Below the pieces are notes generated by a model, which ran no database searches, was not told where the DNA came from, and saw only the letters and a list, made by a program, of their open reading frames with translations. 64,000 bases of DNA. Origin: Elusimicrobiota bacterium (GTDB taxonomy: Bacteria; Elusimicrobiota; Elusimicrobia; UBA1565). Shown in pieces: positions 27,662 to 37,855 of the stretch. The stretch spans positions 156,891 to 220,890 of the forward strand of contig JBDRPD010000050.1 of NCBI GenBank assembly GCA_043827405.1. The letters are read 5' to 3'. The position numbers and the translations under genes are program-made. The stretch's first letter is position 1. Every line of letters starts with the position of its first letter.

Positions 27662-29701
27662 ATGGAGCTGCTGGCCCCCGCCGGATCCAAGCCCGCCTTT
27701 ATCGCCGCCATTCGCGGCGGCGCCGATTCCGTCTACGTGGGCATGCAGGGCTTCAATGCGCGCGCCAACTCCAAAGAGCTCTCCCCCTACGATCTCGAGG
27801 TCCTCACGCATTACGCGCACGAGCACGGCCGCAAGATTTACATCGCCTTCAATACTCTGGTCAAGCAGTGGGAGATCGCCGACGCGGTAAAGGCGCTCTC
27901 ATCTTTGCAGCGGCTCAAGCCCGACGCGCTCATCGTCCAGGATATGGGCATCGCGCGCATAGTCCGCGAACAGTTTCCCGAGCTTGCCCTGCATGCCAGC
28001 ACCCAGATGTCGGCGCACAACAGCCAGGGCGCGGCGGAGCTGGCGCGGGCGGGCTTTACGCGCGTGATCCTGGCGCGCGAGCTGTCCTTTTCGGAGCTCA
28101 AACTCATCGCCGCGCGCTCGCCGGTTGAGCTGGAGGTCTTCTGCCACGGCGCGCTGTGCTTCTTCGTCTCGGGCATGTGCCTGTTCTCGAGCTCCATCGG
28201 CGGCCACAGCGGCAACCGCGGACGCTGCACCCAGCCCTGCCGGCGCATCTGGCGCGGCGGAAACGAAAAGGGCTACCTGTTTTCCCCCCGCGACCTGCAG
28301 CTGGCCGAGCAGCTGCCCAAACTGGCCGCCGCCGGCGTAAAAGCGCTCAAGATCGAGGGGCGGCTGCGCAGCAGCGACTACGTCTACCGCGTGGTAAAGG
28401 CCTACCGCATGCTGCTCGACGCCGGCCGCGGCGGCTTCGCGGACGCGATGGAGGAGGCGAAGAGCCTGCTCGCCGTCGACTACGCCCGCGCCAAGACCAC
28501 GGCGCTGTTCTCCGGCCGCGACCCCGAGCTGATCAACCCCGGGCGGGCCCAGTGCCTCGGCCTGCGCATCGGCGAGGTAACGGGCGCCTGGAAGGACCAC
28601 CTATCCCTGCGCCTGACGCGCGCGCTTGAGTGCGGCGACCGCCTGCGCATCGCCGACCCGCGCACCGATGTGAGCGCGTCGACCAAGGTCAAGGAGTTCA
28701 CGCAGCGCAAAGATTGCTGCGACTTAACTTACACGGGACCGGCGATGCAAAAAGGAGCGGTGGTCTTTCTGGCCGGCGACGCGCAAACGGAAGAAAAGAG
28801 CTTTACCAAGGAAGTGGATGAGGCCTATGCGGCTTTTACCCCCGAAGACAGCAAGCGCAGCGGCCCGTCGACCGCCTACCTGAATCTGCTGGCCAACCAA
28901 TGGCGGCGCCGGCATAGCAGCGAGCGCGCCGAGCGCCTATGGGTCCGCATCGACGATCCGGCCTGGCTGCCGCTGCTCCAGGTCGAAGCCGAGGCCGCCG
29001 ACATCGTGCTGTCGCTCAACAAGGACAATCTCCACGCCTTCATCCGCGGCGCCAAAAACCTTCCCCTGCCGGCCGGCCGATTCCTCTGCGAGCTCACGCC
29101 CTATATCGGACAGCGCGAGCTCCCGGACTTCCGCCAAGCCGTCACGGACCTGTCCGCGCAAGGGCTGGCGCGCTGGATAGTCAACAATGTCTCGCACTTC
29201 GCCTTCTTTCCCGTGCGCCCGACGGAGCTGGTCTCGGGCCATTTCCTGTACGACTGGAACGCCTACGCCGCGCTCGCCTGGAAGGAGCTGGGAGTTTCGC
29301 GCCATGTCGTATCGTGGGAGGACGACGCCCTCAACATTAAAGAGCTGTGCCGGCTGGCCCTGCGCGGACACCTCGCGGTGTATCTCTACGGCTATCCGCC
29401 GCTGGGCCGGTCGCGCTTCATGACCCGGGACATGTGCGGCGAAGCGGCGGTGGAGGAGAAGGCGGGCGGACGCTTCCGGCGCAGCTACGAGTCCGGCTCC
29501 GGAGTCCTGATCCCGGAGCAGCCGGTATCGCTGTTTAATACGCGGAAGAAGCTGGCCGGCTTCGGCATCGAGGTCTTCGGCATCGATTTAAGCTTCATTT
29601 CGCCGGATGTGAAGCGCTGGCGGGACATCCATGCGGGCTATCTCGACGGCAAGAATCCCGCCGCCTCCTTCAAGTTCAACTACAAGCGTACGGTGAAGTA
29701 G
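27662..29701 (+). CDS. U32-family protein (RlhA/TrhP-like RNA hydroxylation)
   Basis: MELLAPAG, HASTQ, HGALC...SGMC...NRGRCTQPCR, KIEGR. Confidence 0.88.
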   Translation: MELLAPAGSKPAFIAAIRGGADSVYVGMQGFNARANSKELSPYDLEVLTHYAHEHGRKIYIAFNTLVKQWEIADAVKALSSLQRLKPDALIVQDMGIARIVREQFPELALHASTQMSAHNSQGAAELARAGFTRVILARELSFSELKLIAARSPVELEVFCHGALCFFVSGMCLFSSSIGGHSGNRGRCTQPCRRIWRGGNEKGYLFSPRDLQLAEQLPKLAAAGVKALKIEGRLRSSDYVYRVVKAYRMLLDAGRGGFADAMEEAKSLLAVDYARAKTTALFSGRDPELINPGRAQCLGLRIGEVTGAWKDHLSLRLTRALECGDRLRIADPRTDVSASTKVKEFTQRKDCCDLTYTGPAMQKGAVVFLAGDAQTEEKSFTKEVDEAYAAFTPEDSKRSGPSTAYLNLLANQWRRRHSSERAERLWVRIDDPAWLPLLQVEAEAADIVLSLNKDNLHAFIRGAKNLPLPAGRFLCELTPYIGQRELPDFRQAVTDLSAQGLARWIVNNVSHFAFFPVRPTELVSGHFLYDWNAYAALAWKELGVSRHVVSWEDDALNIKELCRLALRGHLAVYLYGYPPLGRSRFMTRDMCGEAAVEEKAGGRFRRSYESGSGVLIPEQPVSLFNTRKKLAGFGIEVFGIDLSFISPDVKRWRDIHAGYLDGKNPAASFKFNYKRTVK

Positions 29702-29702
29702 G

Positions 29703-31220
29703 TCACAGCCGCGCGACGGCTGCGACCAGTTCGGCCCCGGTCGCGAAGCGCTTGCCCGCCTCCGCCGCCAGCGCCCGCTTAAACACCTCGTCGATGCCGG
29801 CCGGCAGGTCCGCCGCCCGCATGCGCGGCGGGGTGTAGAACTCTTCGCGCTTCTGGGCCAGGAAGTTCGGACCCGTGAACGGCAGCTCCCCGGTCAGCAT
29901 CTGATAGAAGCATATCGCGAGGGCATAGATATCCACCCCGCTCGACACCCCGCCCATCTCCTGCTCGGGCGCCATGTAGGGAGGCGTTCCCCAGGCGTCG
30001 GCGCGGGTCAGGCGCGCGATCGTGCTCTTGGCCTGATAGGCGATGCCGAAATCCATAACCTTGACCACGCCTTCGCGCGAGATCATGATATTGGCGGGCT
30101 TGAGGTCCCGGTGGACGACCTTCTTCGCATGCGCGTAGTCGAGCGCCGAGGCCGCGCACTTGAGGACGTACGTGGCTTCCTTCCAGGGCAGCCGGTCCCG
30201 CGCCTCAATAACGCCCTGCAGAGTCCTGCCGTCGATATACTCGAAGACGAGAAATATCTGTCCCACTTCCTTTACAATCGAGTGGATCTCAACGAGATTC
30301 GGATGCTTAAGTGAGGCGACCAGCCGCGCTTCGGTCAGAAACTGCTCAAGCTCTTTCGTGCTCTGCAGCAGCTCCGGGCGCATCTGCTTGACGGCTACCC
30401 GCCTCCCCAAGCTCCGGTCCTGGGCCTCGAAGACCTGCCCCATGCCGCCCTGGCCGATCTGCCGGATGATCTCGAAGTTGTCGCCGATCACCGCCGGCAG
30501 CTGCGGCGCCGGGCCGGTGGCGGCGGCGGTGATCGGGGCCGGCTGGCCGGGCATCGTGACGGGGGAGGTCCCCAGGGCGACCGGCATGATCTCGGGTTCG
30601 CGGCCGCCCCGGCCCAGCAGAAAACTCGCCGCGCCGAGAACAACCGCGATCCCGGCCGCGACGGCGATCAGCAGGTGCTTACGCCGCTTCTTTTGCCCCG
30701 CTTCATGCGCCGCTTTCAGCGCGCCGAAGGCCTCCTGCTCGCGCTTGAAATCGGCGATCTGCTCGAAAAACCTGTCGCGCCGCTCCTCGCCCATCCGCTC
30801 GTACATGATAATGTGCGACGTCACTGGGCCGAGGTTTTTGTGCCCCTTCAGCTTATCCTTGAGCTGGAAGCCGCGGGCAAGCGCGGTGAACTGGATGCCT
30901 TGACGGACCCGCCGAATCTCGCCGCGGACCTCCTCCGCCTCGGCGAAATCCGCGCTGAGTTCCTGCAGCAGCCCCTCATGCTCGCGCAGCCAGGCCGACT
31001 TGTCGGCGGCGGCGTTGAAGCCGCCGCGCCGCTTAGCCAGCGCCGCCAACCCGCGATCTATGCTGCGACTATGCTCCGCGAAGTCATCCTGTAAAGAATC
31101 AAGCCGATCCCAGGGGTAAAGGTCGGGCCGCGCCTTGGAGTGATCGATAGCGCCGTGCGCGCCGCCTGCCAGCAGGCAGAGCACAAAAGGGATGATGGTC
31201 AGCATCAGTCGCCGGCGCAT
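29703..31220 (-). CDS. Receptor-type Ser/Thr protein kinase
   Basis: Signal peptide, TM helix, GQGGMG, VAVK, HRDLKPAN, DFG, GTPPYMAPE. Confidence 0.93.
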   Translation of the reverse strand: MRRRLMLTIIPFVLCLLAGGAHGAIDHSKARPDLYPWDRLDSLQDDFAEHSRSIDRGLAALAKRRGGFNAAADKSAWLREHEGLLQELSADFAEAEEVRGEIRRVRQGIQFTALARGFQLKDKLKGHKNLGPVTSHIIMYERMGEERRDRFFEQIADFKREQEAFGALKAAHEAGQKKRRKHLLIAVAAGIAVVLGAASFLLGRGGREPEIMPVALGTSPVTMPGQPAPITAAATGPAPQLPAVIGDNFEIIRQIGQGGMGQVFEAQDRSLGRRVAVKQMRPELLQSTKELEQFLTEARLVASLKHPNLVEIHSIVKEVGQIFLVFEYIDGRTLQGVIEARDRLPWKEATYVLKCAASALDYAHAKKVVHRDLKPANIMISREGVVKVMDFGIAYQAKSTIARLTRADAWGTPPYMAPEQEMGGVSSGVDIYALAICFYQMLTGELPFTGPNFLAQKREEFYTPPRMRAADLPAGIDEVFKRALAAEAGKRFATGAELVAAVARL

Positions 31221-31225
31221 AGGGA

Positions 31226-32230
31226 ATGAACAACAATGTTATAATTTCCTTCGCTATTTACGAACCATTTCTACCCAAATACCAGGTGACAGCCACGAAA
31301 AAATACCGCTTCAGCATCGTTGTTCCGGTCTACCACAACGAGCTAAACCTGCCGGAGACCATCCCGGCCCTGCTGAATCTGGCCAAGGAGGCCCCCGGCT
31401 GCGAGCTCGACCTCGTACTGGTCGACGACGGCTCGGGCGATCGCTCGGTAGAGGTGATCCGGGAACATCAGAAGAAATTCCCCGGCGCCATCACTCTGGT
31501 ACGCCTGACGCGCAACTTCGGCTCCATGGCCGCCATCCAGGCCGGCCTGACCGCGGCCGCAGGCGACTGCGTCGGCATGATCTCGGCGGACCTGCAGGAC
31601 CCGCCCGAGCTGTTCCTCAAGATGCTGGCGCAGTGGCGGGACGGCGTCAAGGTAATCCTGGCGACCCGCCAGACGCGCGATGAGAGCTTCGGCAAGACGA
31701 TATTCGCCGACATCTACTACTTCCTGATGCGGCGCTTCGCCCTGAGCCGCTACCCCAAAGGAGGTTTCGATTTCTGCCTGGTGGACCGCCAGGTCGTAGA
31801 AGACCTTAAACGCATCGCGGAGAAGAACACCAATGTCATGTCGCTGATCTTCTGGCTGGGCTATCAGCCGGTGATTATGCCCTATTCCCGCAAAAAGCGC
31901 ACGCATGGCAAGTCGCGCTGGACTTTCATGAAGCGGGTCAAGCTGTTTATCGACTCCTTTGTTTCCTTCTCCTATGCCCCGATCCGGCTGATCACGACCG
32001 TCGGCTTCATCACCGCCGCCGCCGCGATCGTCTACTCCGCCTTCATCCTCTACTACCGGCTGATCCATGCCCATCCCGTACAGGGCTTCACTACCCTCGC
32101 GGTGCTCATCGCGCTGTCTTTCGGCATGCAGATGATGGTGCTGGGCATCCTCGGCGAGTATCTATGGCGGGCGCTCGACGAGACCCGCAAGCGTCCGCCC
32201 TATGTGATCGACGAGATCGAGCGAAGATAA
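31226..32230 (+). CDS. GT2 polyprenyl-phosphate glycosyltransferase (GtrB/ArnC-like)
   Basis: VDDGSGD, RNFG, ADLQDPP and two C-terminal TMs. Start may be GTG ~31286. Confidence 0.88.
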   Translation: MNNNVIISFAIYEPFLPKYQVTATKKYRFSIVVPVYHNELNLPETIPALLNLAKEAPGCELDLVLVDDGSGDRSVEVIREHQKKFPGAITLVRLTRNFGSMAAIQAGLTAAAGDCVGMISADLQDPPELFLKMLAQWRDGVKVILATRQTRDESFGKTIFADIYYFLMRRFALSRYPKGGFDFCLVDRQVVEDLKRIAEKNTNVMSLIFWLGYQPVIMPYSRKKRTHGKSRWTFMKRVKLFIDSFVSFSYAPIRLITTVGFITAAAAIVYSAFILYYRLIHAHPVQGFTTLAVLIALSFGMQMMVLGILGEYLWRALDETRKRPPYVIDEIERR

Positions 32231-32231
32231 T

Positions 32232-32708
32232 ATGGCCTTCTTCAAGCACGCCAAAGCCCTCGTAGAGTCCAAGCGGATCGGCGCCCGCACCCGGATCTGG
32301 GCCTTCGCCCATGTCCTGCCCCAGGCGGAGATCGGCCGGGACTGCAATATCTGCGATCATGTCTTCATCGAAAACGACGTGACGGTCGGCGACCGCGTCA
32401 CGATAAAATGCGGCGTGCAGCTATGGGACGGACTCCGGGTCGAAGACGACGTCTTTATCGGCCCCAACGCCACCTTCACCAATGATCCCTTGCCGCGCAG
32501 CCGGAAGCATCTAAAAAAACATCCCGTCACCCGGCTGGAGCGCGGCTGCTCTATCGGCGCCAACGCCACCATCCTGCCGGGCATTACCGTCGGACGGCAG
32601 GCCATGGTCGCGGCGGGCTCGGTGGTAACCCGCGATGTCCCGGCGCGGACCTTGGTCATGGGCTCACCGGCCAAGGTCCGGCGCAAGCTGCGCGCCGGCG
32701 AGCTCTAA
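32232..32708 (+). CDS. Hexapeptide-repeat N-acetyltransferase (WxcM/QdtC-like)
   Basis: CNICDHVFIEND, FIGPNATFTND, IGANATILPG. Confidence 0.88.
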   Translation: MAFFKHAKALVESKRIGARTRIWAFAHVLPQAEIGRDCNICDHVFIENDVTVGDRVTIKCGVQLWDGLRVEDDVFIGPNATFTNDPLPRSRKHLKKHPVTRLERGCSIGANATILPGITVGRQAMVAAGSVVTRDVPARTLVMGSPAKVRRKLRAGEL

Positions 32709-33805
32709 TGCCGGTCCCCTTTAACGACCTCAAGCGGCACAATGACGCCTGCGGCCCGCAGCTGCGGGAGGCGGCCGAACGCGTGGTGCGCAGCGGCTGG
32801 TACACCCTCGGCGAAGAGGTCGCGGCCTTCGAACGGGAGTTCGCCGCCTTCCTGGACATCAGGCACTGCGTCGGCGCCGCCAGCGGCAGCGACGCCCTCG
32901 AGCTCGCCCTGCGCGCGCTCGGCGTCAAGCCGGGCGATGAGGTCATCACCGCCGCCAATGCCTCCATGTATTCCGCCTGCGCGGCACTGGCGATGGGCGC
33001 CGTCCCGGTTTTCGCCGATGTCGACCCCGAGACCATGACGCTCGCGCCGGAATGCCTCGCCGCCGCGGCGACCGCCAAGACCAGAGCGGTGATCGCCACC
33101 CATCTCTACGGCCGCATGGCGGATATGGACGAAATCGTCAATGAAGCCGCGCGCCTCGGGCTCGCCCTAATCGAGGACTGCGCCCAGGCCCACGGCGCGC
33201 GGCGCGGCGGCCGCAAGGCCGGCACTTTCGGCGCCATCGGCTGCTTCAGCTTCTATCCGACCAAGAACCTCGGCGCTTTGGGCGACGGCGGCGCCCTGGT
33301 CACCGCGGACGACGCCTTGGCGGCGAAACTCCGCGCTCTCGGCCAGTACGGGTGGGGAGAGAAATACCATTGCGAGACCGGCGGCGGCCGCAACAGCCGG
33401 CTCGACGAGCTGCAGGCGGCATTTTTACGGGTAAAGCTCCCCCGCCTGACCGACGCCAACAACCGCCGCCGGGAAATCGCGCGGCGCTACAGCGCGGCCT
33501 TCCGCGAACTCGACCTCAAGCTCCCCGCGGCCGACGGCGAGGACTATGTCGCCCACCTCTACGTGATACGCAGCCGCGAGCGGGATGCTCTGCGCCGGCG
33601 CCTGGCTGATCAAGGCGTGGCCGCCGCCGTACACTATCCGGTCCCGGATCACCGGCAGCCGATTATCGCCGCCGCCTGCGCGCTGCCGGTCACCGATAAA
33701 TGCTGCGCCGAAGTGCTGAGCCTGCCCTGCTTTCCGGAAATGACCGACGCCGAAGTCGAGCATGTCATCCAGGCCGTAAAGGAAGTCTGCCATGGTAAAA
33801 AGTAA
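32708..33805 (+). CDS. DegT/DnrJ sugar aminotransferase (FdtB/QdtB-like)
   Basis: EDCAQAHG, SFYPTKNLGALGDGG, NSRLDELQAA. Confidence 0.92.
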   Translation: MPVPFNDLKRHNDACGPQLREAAERVVRSGWYTLGEEVAAFEREFAAFLDIRHCVGAASGSDALELALRALGVKPGDEVITAANASMYSACAALAMGAVPVFADVDPETMTLAPECLAAAATAKTRAVIATHLYGRMADMDEIVNEAARLGLALIEDCAQAHGARRGGRKAGTFGAIGCFSFYPTKNLGALGDGGALVTADDALAAKLRALGQYGWGEKYHCETGGGRNSRLDELQAAFLRVKLPRLTDANNRRREIARRYSAAFRELDLKLPAADGEDYVAHLYVIRSRERDALRRRLADQGVAAAVHYPVPDHRQPIIAAACALPVTDKCCAEVLSLPCFPEMTDAEVEHVIQAVKEVCHGKK

Positions 33806-34199
33806 GCCCAAAGCACGGAAAATCGACCTGCCGCGCATCCTCGACCGGCGCGGCAATATCACCGTCATCGAGGGTGATGACCATGTCCCCTTCCCCATCA
33901 AGCGGGTCTTTTACCTCTACGACGTGCCCGGCGGCGCCGAGCGGGGCGGCCATGCGCTCAAAACCTGCGAGCAGTTCCTGGTCGCGGTCTCCGGCAGCTT
34001 CGACGTCAAGCTGGATGACGGACGCAAAAAGACCACCGTCCGGCTGGACCGCCCGTACTACGGACTGTATCTGCCGCCGCTGACCTGGCGCGAGCTTGTC
34101 AATTTCTCATCCGGCTCGGTCTGCCTGGTCCTGACCTCGGAGCACTACAAGAAATCCGACTACTATCGCGACTACGCGGAGTTCCGCAAAAATATATAG
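33792..34199 (+). CDS. dTDP-sugar 3,4-ketoisomerase (FdtA/QdtA cupin)
   Basis: DRRGNI, PFPIKRVFYLYDVP, RGGHA. Confidence 0.9.
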   Translation: MVKSKPKARKIDLPRILDRRGNITVIEGDDHVPFPIKRVFYLYDVPGGAERGGHALKTCEQFLVAVSGSFDVKLDDGRKKTTVRLDRPYYGLYLPPLTWRELVNFSSGSVCLVLTSEHYKKSDYYRDYAEFRKNI

Positions 34200-34204
34200 C
34201 CGGC

Positions 34205-35236
34205 ATGCTGACCACCGATCTTCTGCGCCGGCACTTCCACTGCCCCGCCTGCCGGGCGCATCCGCTTGAAGTGAAGCCTTTCGCGATGGACGGTCCGGGG
34301 ATCGTGCACGGCGTCATCAGCTGTCCCAAATGCCGGAACTGGTACCGGATAGAGGACGGCCTGGCGGAGCTCCTGATCCCCGCCCTGCGCCATACCCCGG
34401 CTCTCGATGCCTTTACGCGCCGCTTCCGCGACCGCTGGGAGGGCTGGGAAGCCGCGGCCGACAGCGCCGGCGGCGGAAGCGAACATAAGCTGGAGCAGAA
34501 GTCCTTCTACGATGCGGACGCCGTGGGCTACGAGAGCTCCATGCTGCAGTTGCCATTCTGGAAAGCCGTGGACGCGGCATCCATCGGTTCCATCGCCGGC
34601 GGCGGCACCGCCGATAAAATCCTGCTCGAGATCGGCTGCGGAACGGGCCGCATCTCGATTCCAACCGCCGGCCGCTTCGCCAAAGTGCTGGGATTCGACA
34701 TCTCCGAAACCATGGTGCGCACCGCCATGAAAAAGCGCGCCCAGACCGGAGCCGCCGGCCGGGATATCCATTATTTTGTCGCCGATGCCGAAAATATCCC
34801 CGTCCGCGCGGAAACGGCGGATGCGGCGCTGCTCTACGGTATTCTCCATCACGTGGAGTCGCCGTCGACGGTGCTGGCTGAAACCGCGCGCTGCCTGCGC
34901 GCCGGCGGCACCTTGTTCGGCTGCGAGAACAACCGCAGCCTGTTCCGGCCCATTTTCGATTTCCTTATGCTCGCCCGCAAGCTCTGGAACGAGAAGGCCC
35001 ATGAGGAGCATTTCATCATCTCGCACCGCATCCTCAAGGAGTGGTTCGCCGGAACCGGCCTGCGGAGCGCGGTATGGACGAGCGTATTTCTGCCGCCCCA
35101 CCTCTTCAATCTGCTCTCCCCGGCGAACGCGCGCCGCCTGCTGGCCCTAAGCGACGGACTCGGCTCGGCGCTGCCCTGGCTGCGCTGGCAGGGCGGGCTC
35201 TTGATGTTCTCCGGCCGCAAAGAACAGCGCTCGTAG
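34205..35236 (+). CDS. Trm112-like Zn domain + class I SAM methyltransferase
   Basis: CPAC...CPKC..YRIEDG, LEIGCGTG, LHH. Confidence 0.8.
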   Translation: MLTTDLLRRHFHCPACRAHPLEVKPFAMDGPGIVHGVISCPKCRNWYRIEDGLAELLIPALRHTPALDAFTRRFRDRWEGWEAAADSAGGGSEHKLEQKSFYDADAVGYESSMLQLPFWKAVDAASIGSIAGGGTADKILLEIGCGTGRISIPTAGRFAKVLGFDISETMVRTAMKKRAQTGAAGRDIHYFVADAENIPVRAETADAALLYGILHHVESPSTVLAETARCLRAGGTLFGCENNRSLFRPIFDFLMLARKLWNEKAHEEHFIISHRILKEWFAGTGLRSAVWTSVFLPPHLFNLLSPANARRLLALSDGLGSALPWLRWQGGLLMFSGRKEQRS

Positions 35237-35248
35237 CGGCGCGCGCGG

Positions 35249-36706
35249 CTACGGCTTGATCATGACCATTTTTATATTGGTCATTTCCTCCACCGTAAAG
35301 CGGACCCCTTCACGACCCAGGCCGCTGAGCTTATTGCCGCCATAGGGCATATGGTCGACCCGGAAGATGGAGGTATCATTGATCATGACGCCGCCAGTAT
35401 TAATCTGATCGATCGCATAGAAGGCCTTGCTCAGATCCTTGGTATAGACCCCGGCCTGCAGGCCGTATATGGAGTCGTCGACCAGGCGCACCGCTTCCTT
35501 GAAGTCGTCGTACACGACGATGGAAACGATCGGCGCAAAGGTCTCGTCGCACATAACCCTCATCTCCGGCTTGACGTCGGTGAGCACGGTCGGCTCGAGC
35601 ATCCGTCCCCGGCGCTTGCCGCCGGCGAGGATCCTGGCTCCCTGCGCCACGGCCTCGCGGATCCACTGCTCGCCGCGCACGGCCTCGCGCTCTTCGATCA
35701 TCGGTCCGACCTCGCAGTCCTTATCAAGGGGATTGCCGACCTTTAGCGACTTCGTGAGCTCAACTAATTTGGCGGTGAACTCCTCGGCGATATCGCGGTG
35801 CACGAATATGCGCTGCAGCGAGATGCACACCTGTCCCGAGTTGGCGAAAGCGCTCATGACGCAGCGCGGCACGGCGTCCGCGAGATCCGCGTCGGGCTCG
35901 ATGATGGTCCCCGAGTTGTTGCCGAGCTCCATCGTCACTTTCTTGAGCCCCGCTTTGCGGATAATGTCTTCACCGACCGGCGGGCTGCCGGTGAACGATA
36001 TCTTGGCCACCCGGGGATCGGTGACCAGCCATTCTCCCACCGTGCGGCCGGAGCCCACGACAAGGTTGAATGCGCCGGGCGGCAGGCCGGCCTCTTCCAG
36101 GATCTCACCGAGCAGCACCGCGGTAAGCGGCGTGGTCGAAGCGGGCTTGAGCACCAAAGTGCAACCGGCGGCGAGCGCCGGGCCGACCTTGTGCGCGACC
36201 AGGTTCAGCGGGAAGTTAAACGGCGTAATGGCGACCACCACCCCGACGGGACAGCGCAGGTAGAAGCCGACGCGGCCGCCGCCGGTAGCGCTGGCGTCCA
36301 GAGGAATAGTTTCCCCGTGGATGCGCTTGGCTTCCTCGGCTGCGAAGCGAAAGGTCTCCACTGAACGGGACACCTCGCCGACCGAATACTTCCAGGCCTT
36401 GCCCGCCTCGCGGCAGATGACCTTTGCGATCTCGTCCTTGCGCCGCTCGATAATATCGGCGGCCTTGGCCAGAATCTTAGAGCGGGCATGCGCCGGCATC
36501 CGGGAATAGGTCGGGAAGGCCTGGTGCGCCGCCCTGATGGCGCGCAGCACCGTCTTTTTGGAGGCCACGGCGACCTCGCCGATGGTCTTGCCGGTATACT
36601 TGTCGATGACCGACAGGGTTTCCTTCTCCTGCACCCTTTTCCCGTCAATAAACAGCTTATGAACTCGTGAAGCCTTCATAGTCTCTTTCCTCTCTGCCGT
36701 TATCAT
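35249..36706 (-). CDS. Aldehyde dehydrogenase
   Basis: TPFNFP, FTGS, ELG, GQVCIS, ETFAP. Confidence 0.93.
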   Translation of the reverse strand: MITAERKETMKASRVHKLFIDGKRVQEKETLSVIDKYTGKTIGEVAVASKKTVLRAIRAAHQAFPTYSRMPAHARSKILAKAADIIERRKDEIAKVICREAGKAWKYSVGEVSRSVETFRFAAEEAKRIHGETIPLDASATGGGRVGFYLRCPVGVVVAITPFNFPLNLVAHKVGPALAAGCTLVLKPASTTPLTAVLLGEILEEAGLPPGAFNLVVGSGRTVGEWLVTDPRVAKISFTGSPPVGEDIIRKAGLKKVTMELGNNSGTIIEPDADLADAVPRCVMSAFANSGQVCISLQRIFVHRDIAEEFTAKLVELTKSLKVGNPLDKDCEVGPMIEEREAVRGEQWIREAVAQGARILAGGKRRGRMLEPTVLTDVKPEMRVMCDETFAPIVSIVVYDDFKEAVRLVDDSIYGLQAGVYTKDLSKAFYAIDQINTGGVMINDTSIFRVDHMPYGGNKLSGLGREGVRFTVEEMTNIKMVMIKP

Positions 36707-36718
36707 AAATCTTTCCCC

Positions 36719-37855
36719 CTAGTTATTGCTGAACCGGATGACTTGACGCACGGCCTCACCGCTGGCCAGCGCGTCGAACGCCGAGTTGATCTCATCAAGG
36801 CGGATCGTCCGGCTGAGCAGCAGATCGACAGGAAGCAAACCCGCCTTATAAAGCTCAATAAAGCGCGGGATGTCCCGCCGCGGCACCGCTGAGCCCATGT
36901 AGGACCCCTTTATCACGCGCTCCTCCGCGACCAGCGACACCGCCGGGATGGAGAACTGTTTGCTCGGATGCGGCAGGCCCACCGTCACCGTAGTGCCGCC
37001 GCGCCGCGTAGCGCCGTAGGCCTGGATGAGCACCCGCTCGCTGCCCACGCTTTCGATGGCGTACTTGACTCCGCCGTTGGTCAGCTCTCTGACGGCCTCG
37101 ACCGGGTCGACCTTTTTGGCGTTGACGGCATGCGTCGCCCCGAGCTTCTTGGCGAGCTCCAGCTTGCTCGCCAACAGATCGACCGCGATGATGGGCCAAG
37201 CGCCGCTGGCGCGGGCGCCGAGAATGGCGCTTAAGCCCACGCCGCCCAAGCCGAAGACCGCGACGCTGCTGCCCGGCTCAACGCGCGCCGTGTTCATAAC
37301 TGCGCCGACCCCGGTCATCACCGCGCAACCGAACAGCGCGGCCTTATCCAGCGGCAGCTCAGAATCAATCTTTACCAACGACTCCTGCGCCGCAACCGTG
37401 AACTGCGAGAAGGCGGAGACGCCCAGATGATGATTCAGCTCGCCCCGCTTGCCGTGCGTGAAGCGCTTGGCGCCCGCCAGCAAGGTTCCCGCGACGTTGG
37501 CTTTGGCGCCGTTCTCGCACAGAGCGGCGCGACCGTCCATGCAGGGGGCGCAGTGCCCGCAGATCGGGACGAAAGAGAACACCACGTGATCACCGGGCCG
37601 CAAATCGCCGACCTCCGGACCAACATCGCGCACCACGCCGCTGGCCTCATGGCCCATAACCAAAGGTACGCCGCGCGGACGCGAGCCATTGATCACCGAC
37701 AGATCGGAATGACATAGACCGGCACTGGCGATTTCAACAAGGACTTCCCCCTTTCCCGGACCGGCCAGCTCAATCTCCTCAATCACCAGCGGCTTGGACT
37801 GCGCATACGGCGCGGACTTTCCCATCTCATAGAGTACGGCGCTTGGCGTCTTCAT
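36719..37855 (-). CDS. Zn-dependent alcohol dehydrogenase
   Basis: CHSD, GHEASG, CGHCAPC...C, GLGGVG. Confidence 0.93.
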   Translation of the reverse strand: MKTPSAVLYEMGKSAPYAQSKPLVIEEIELAGPGKGEVLVEIASAGLCHSDLSVINGSRPRGVPLVMGHEASGVVRDVGPEVGDLRPGDHVVFSFVPICGHCAPCMDGRAALCENGAKANVAGTLLAGAKRFTHGKRGELNHHLGVSAFSQFTVAAQESLVKIDSELPLDKAALFGCAVMTGVGAVMNTARVEPGSSVAVFGLGGVGLSAILGARASGAWPIIAVDLLASKLELAKKLGATHAVNAKKVDPVEAVRELTNGGVKYAIESVGSERVLIQAYGATRRGGTTVTVGLPHPSKQFSIPAVSLVAEERVIKGSYMGSAVPRRDIPRFIELYKAGLLPVDLLLSRTIRLDEINSAFDALASGEAVRQVIRFSNN

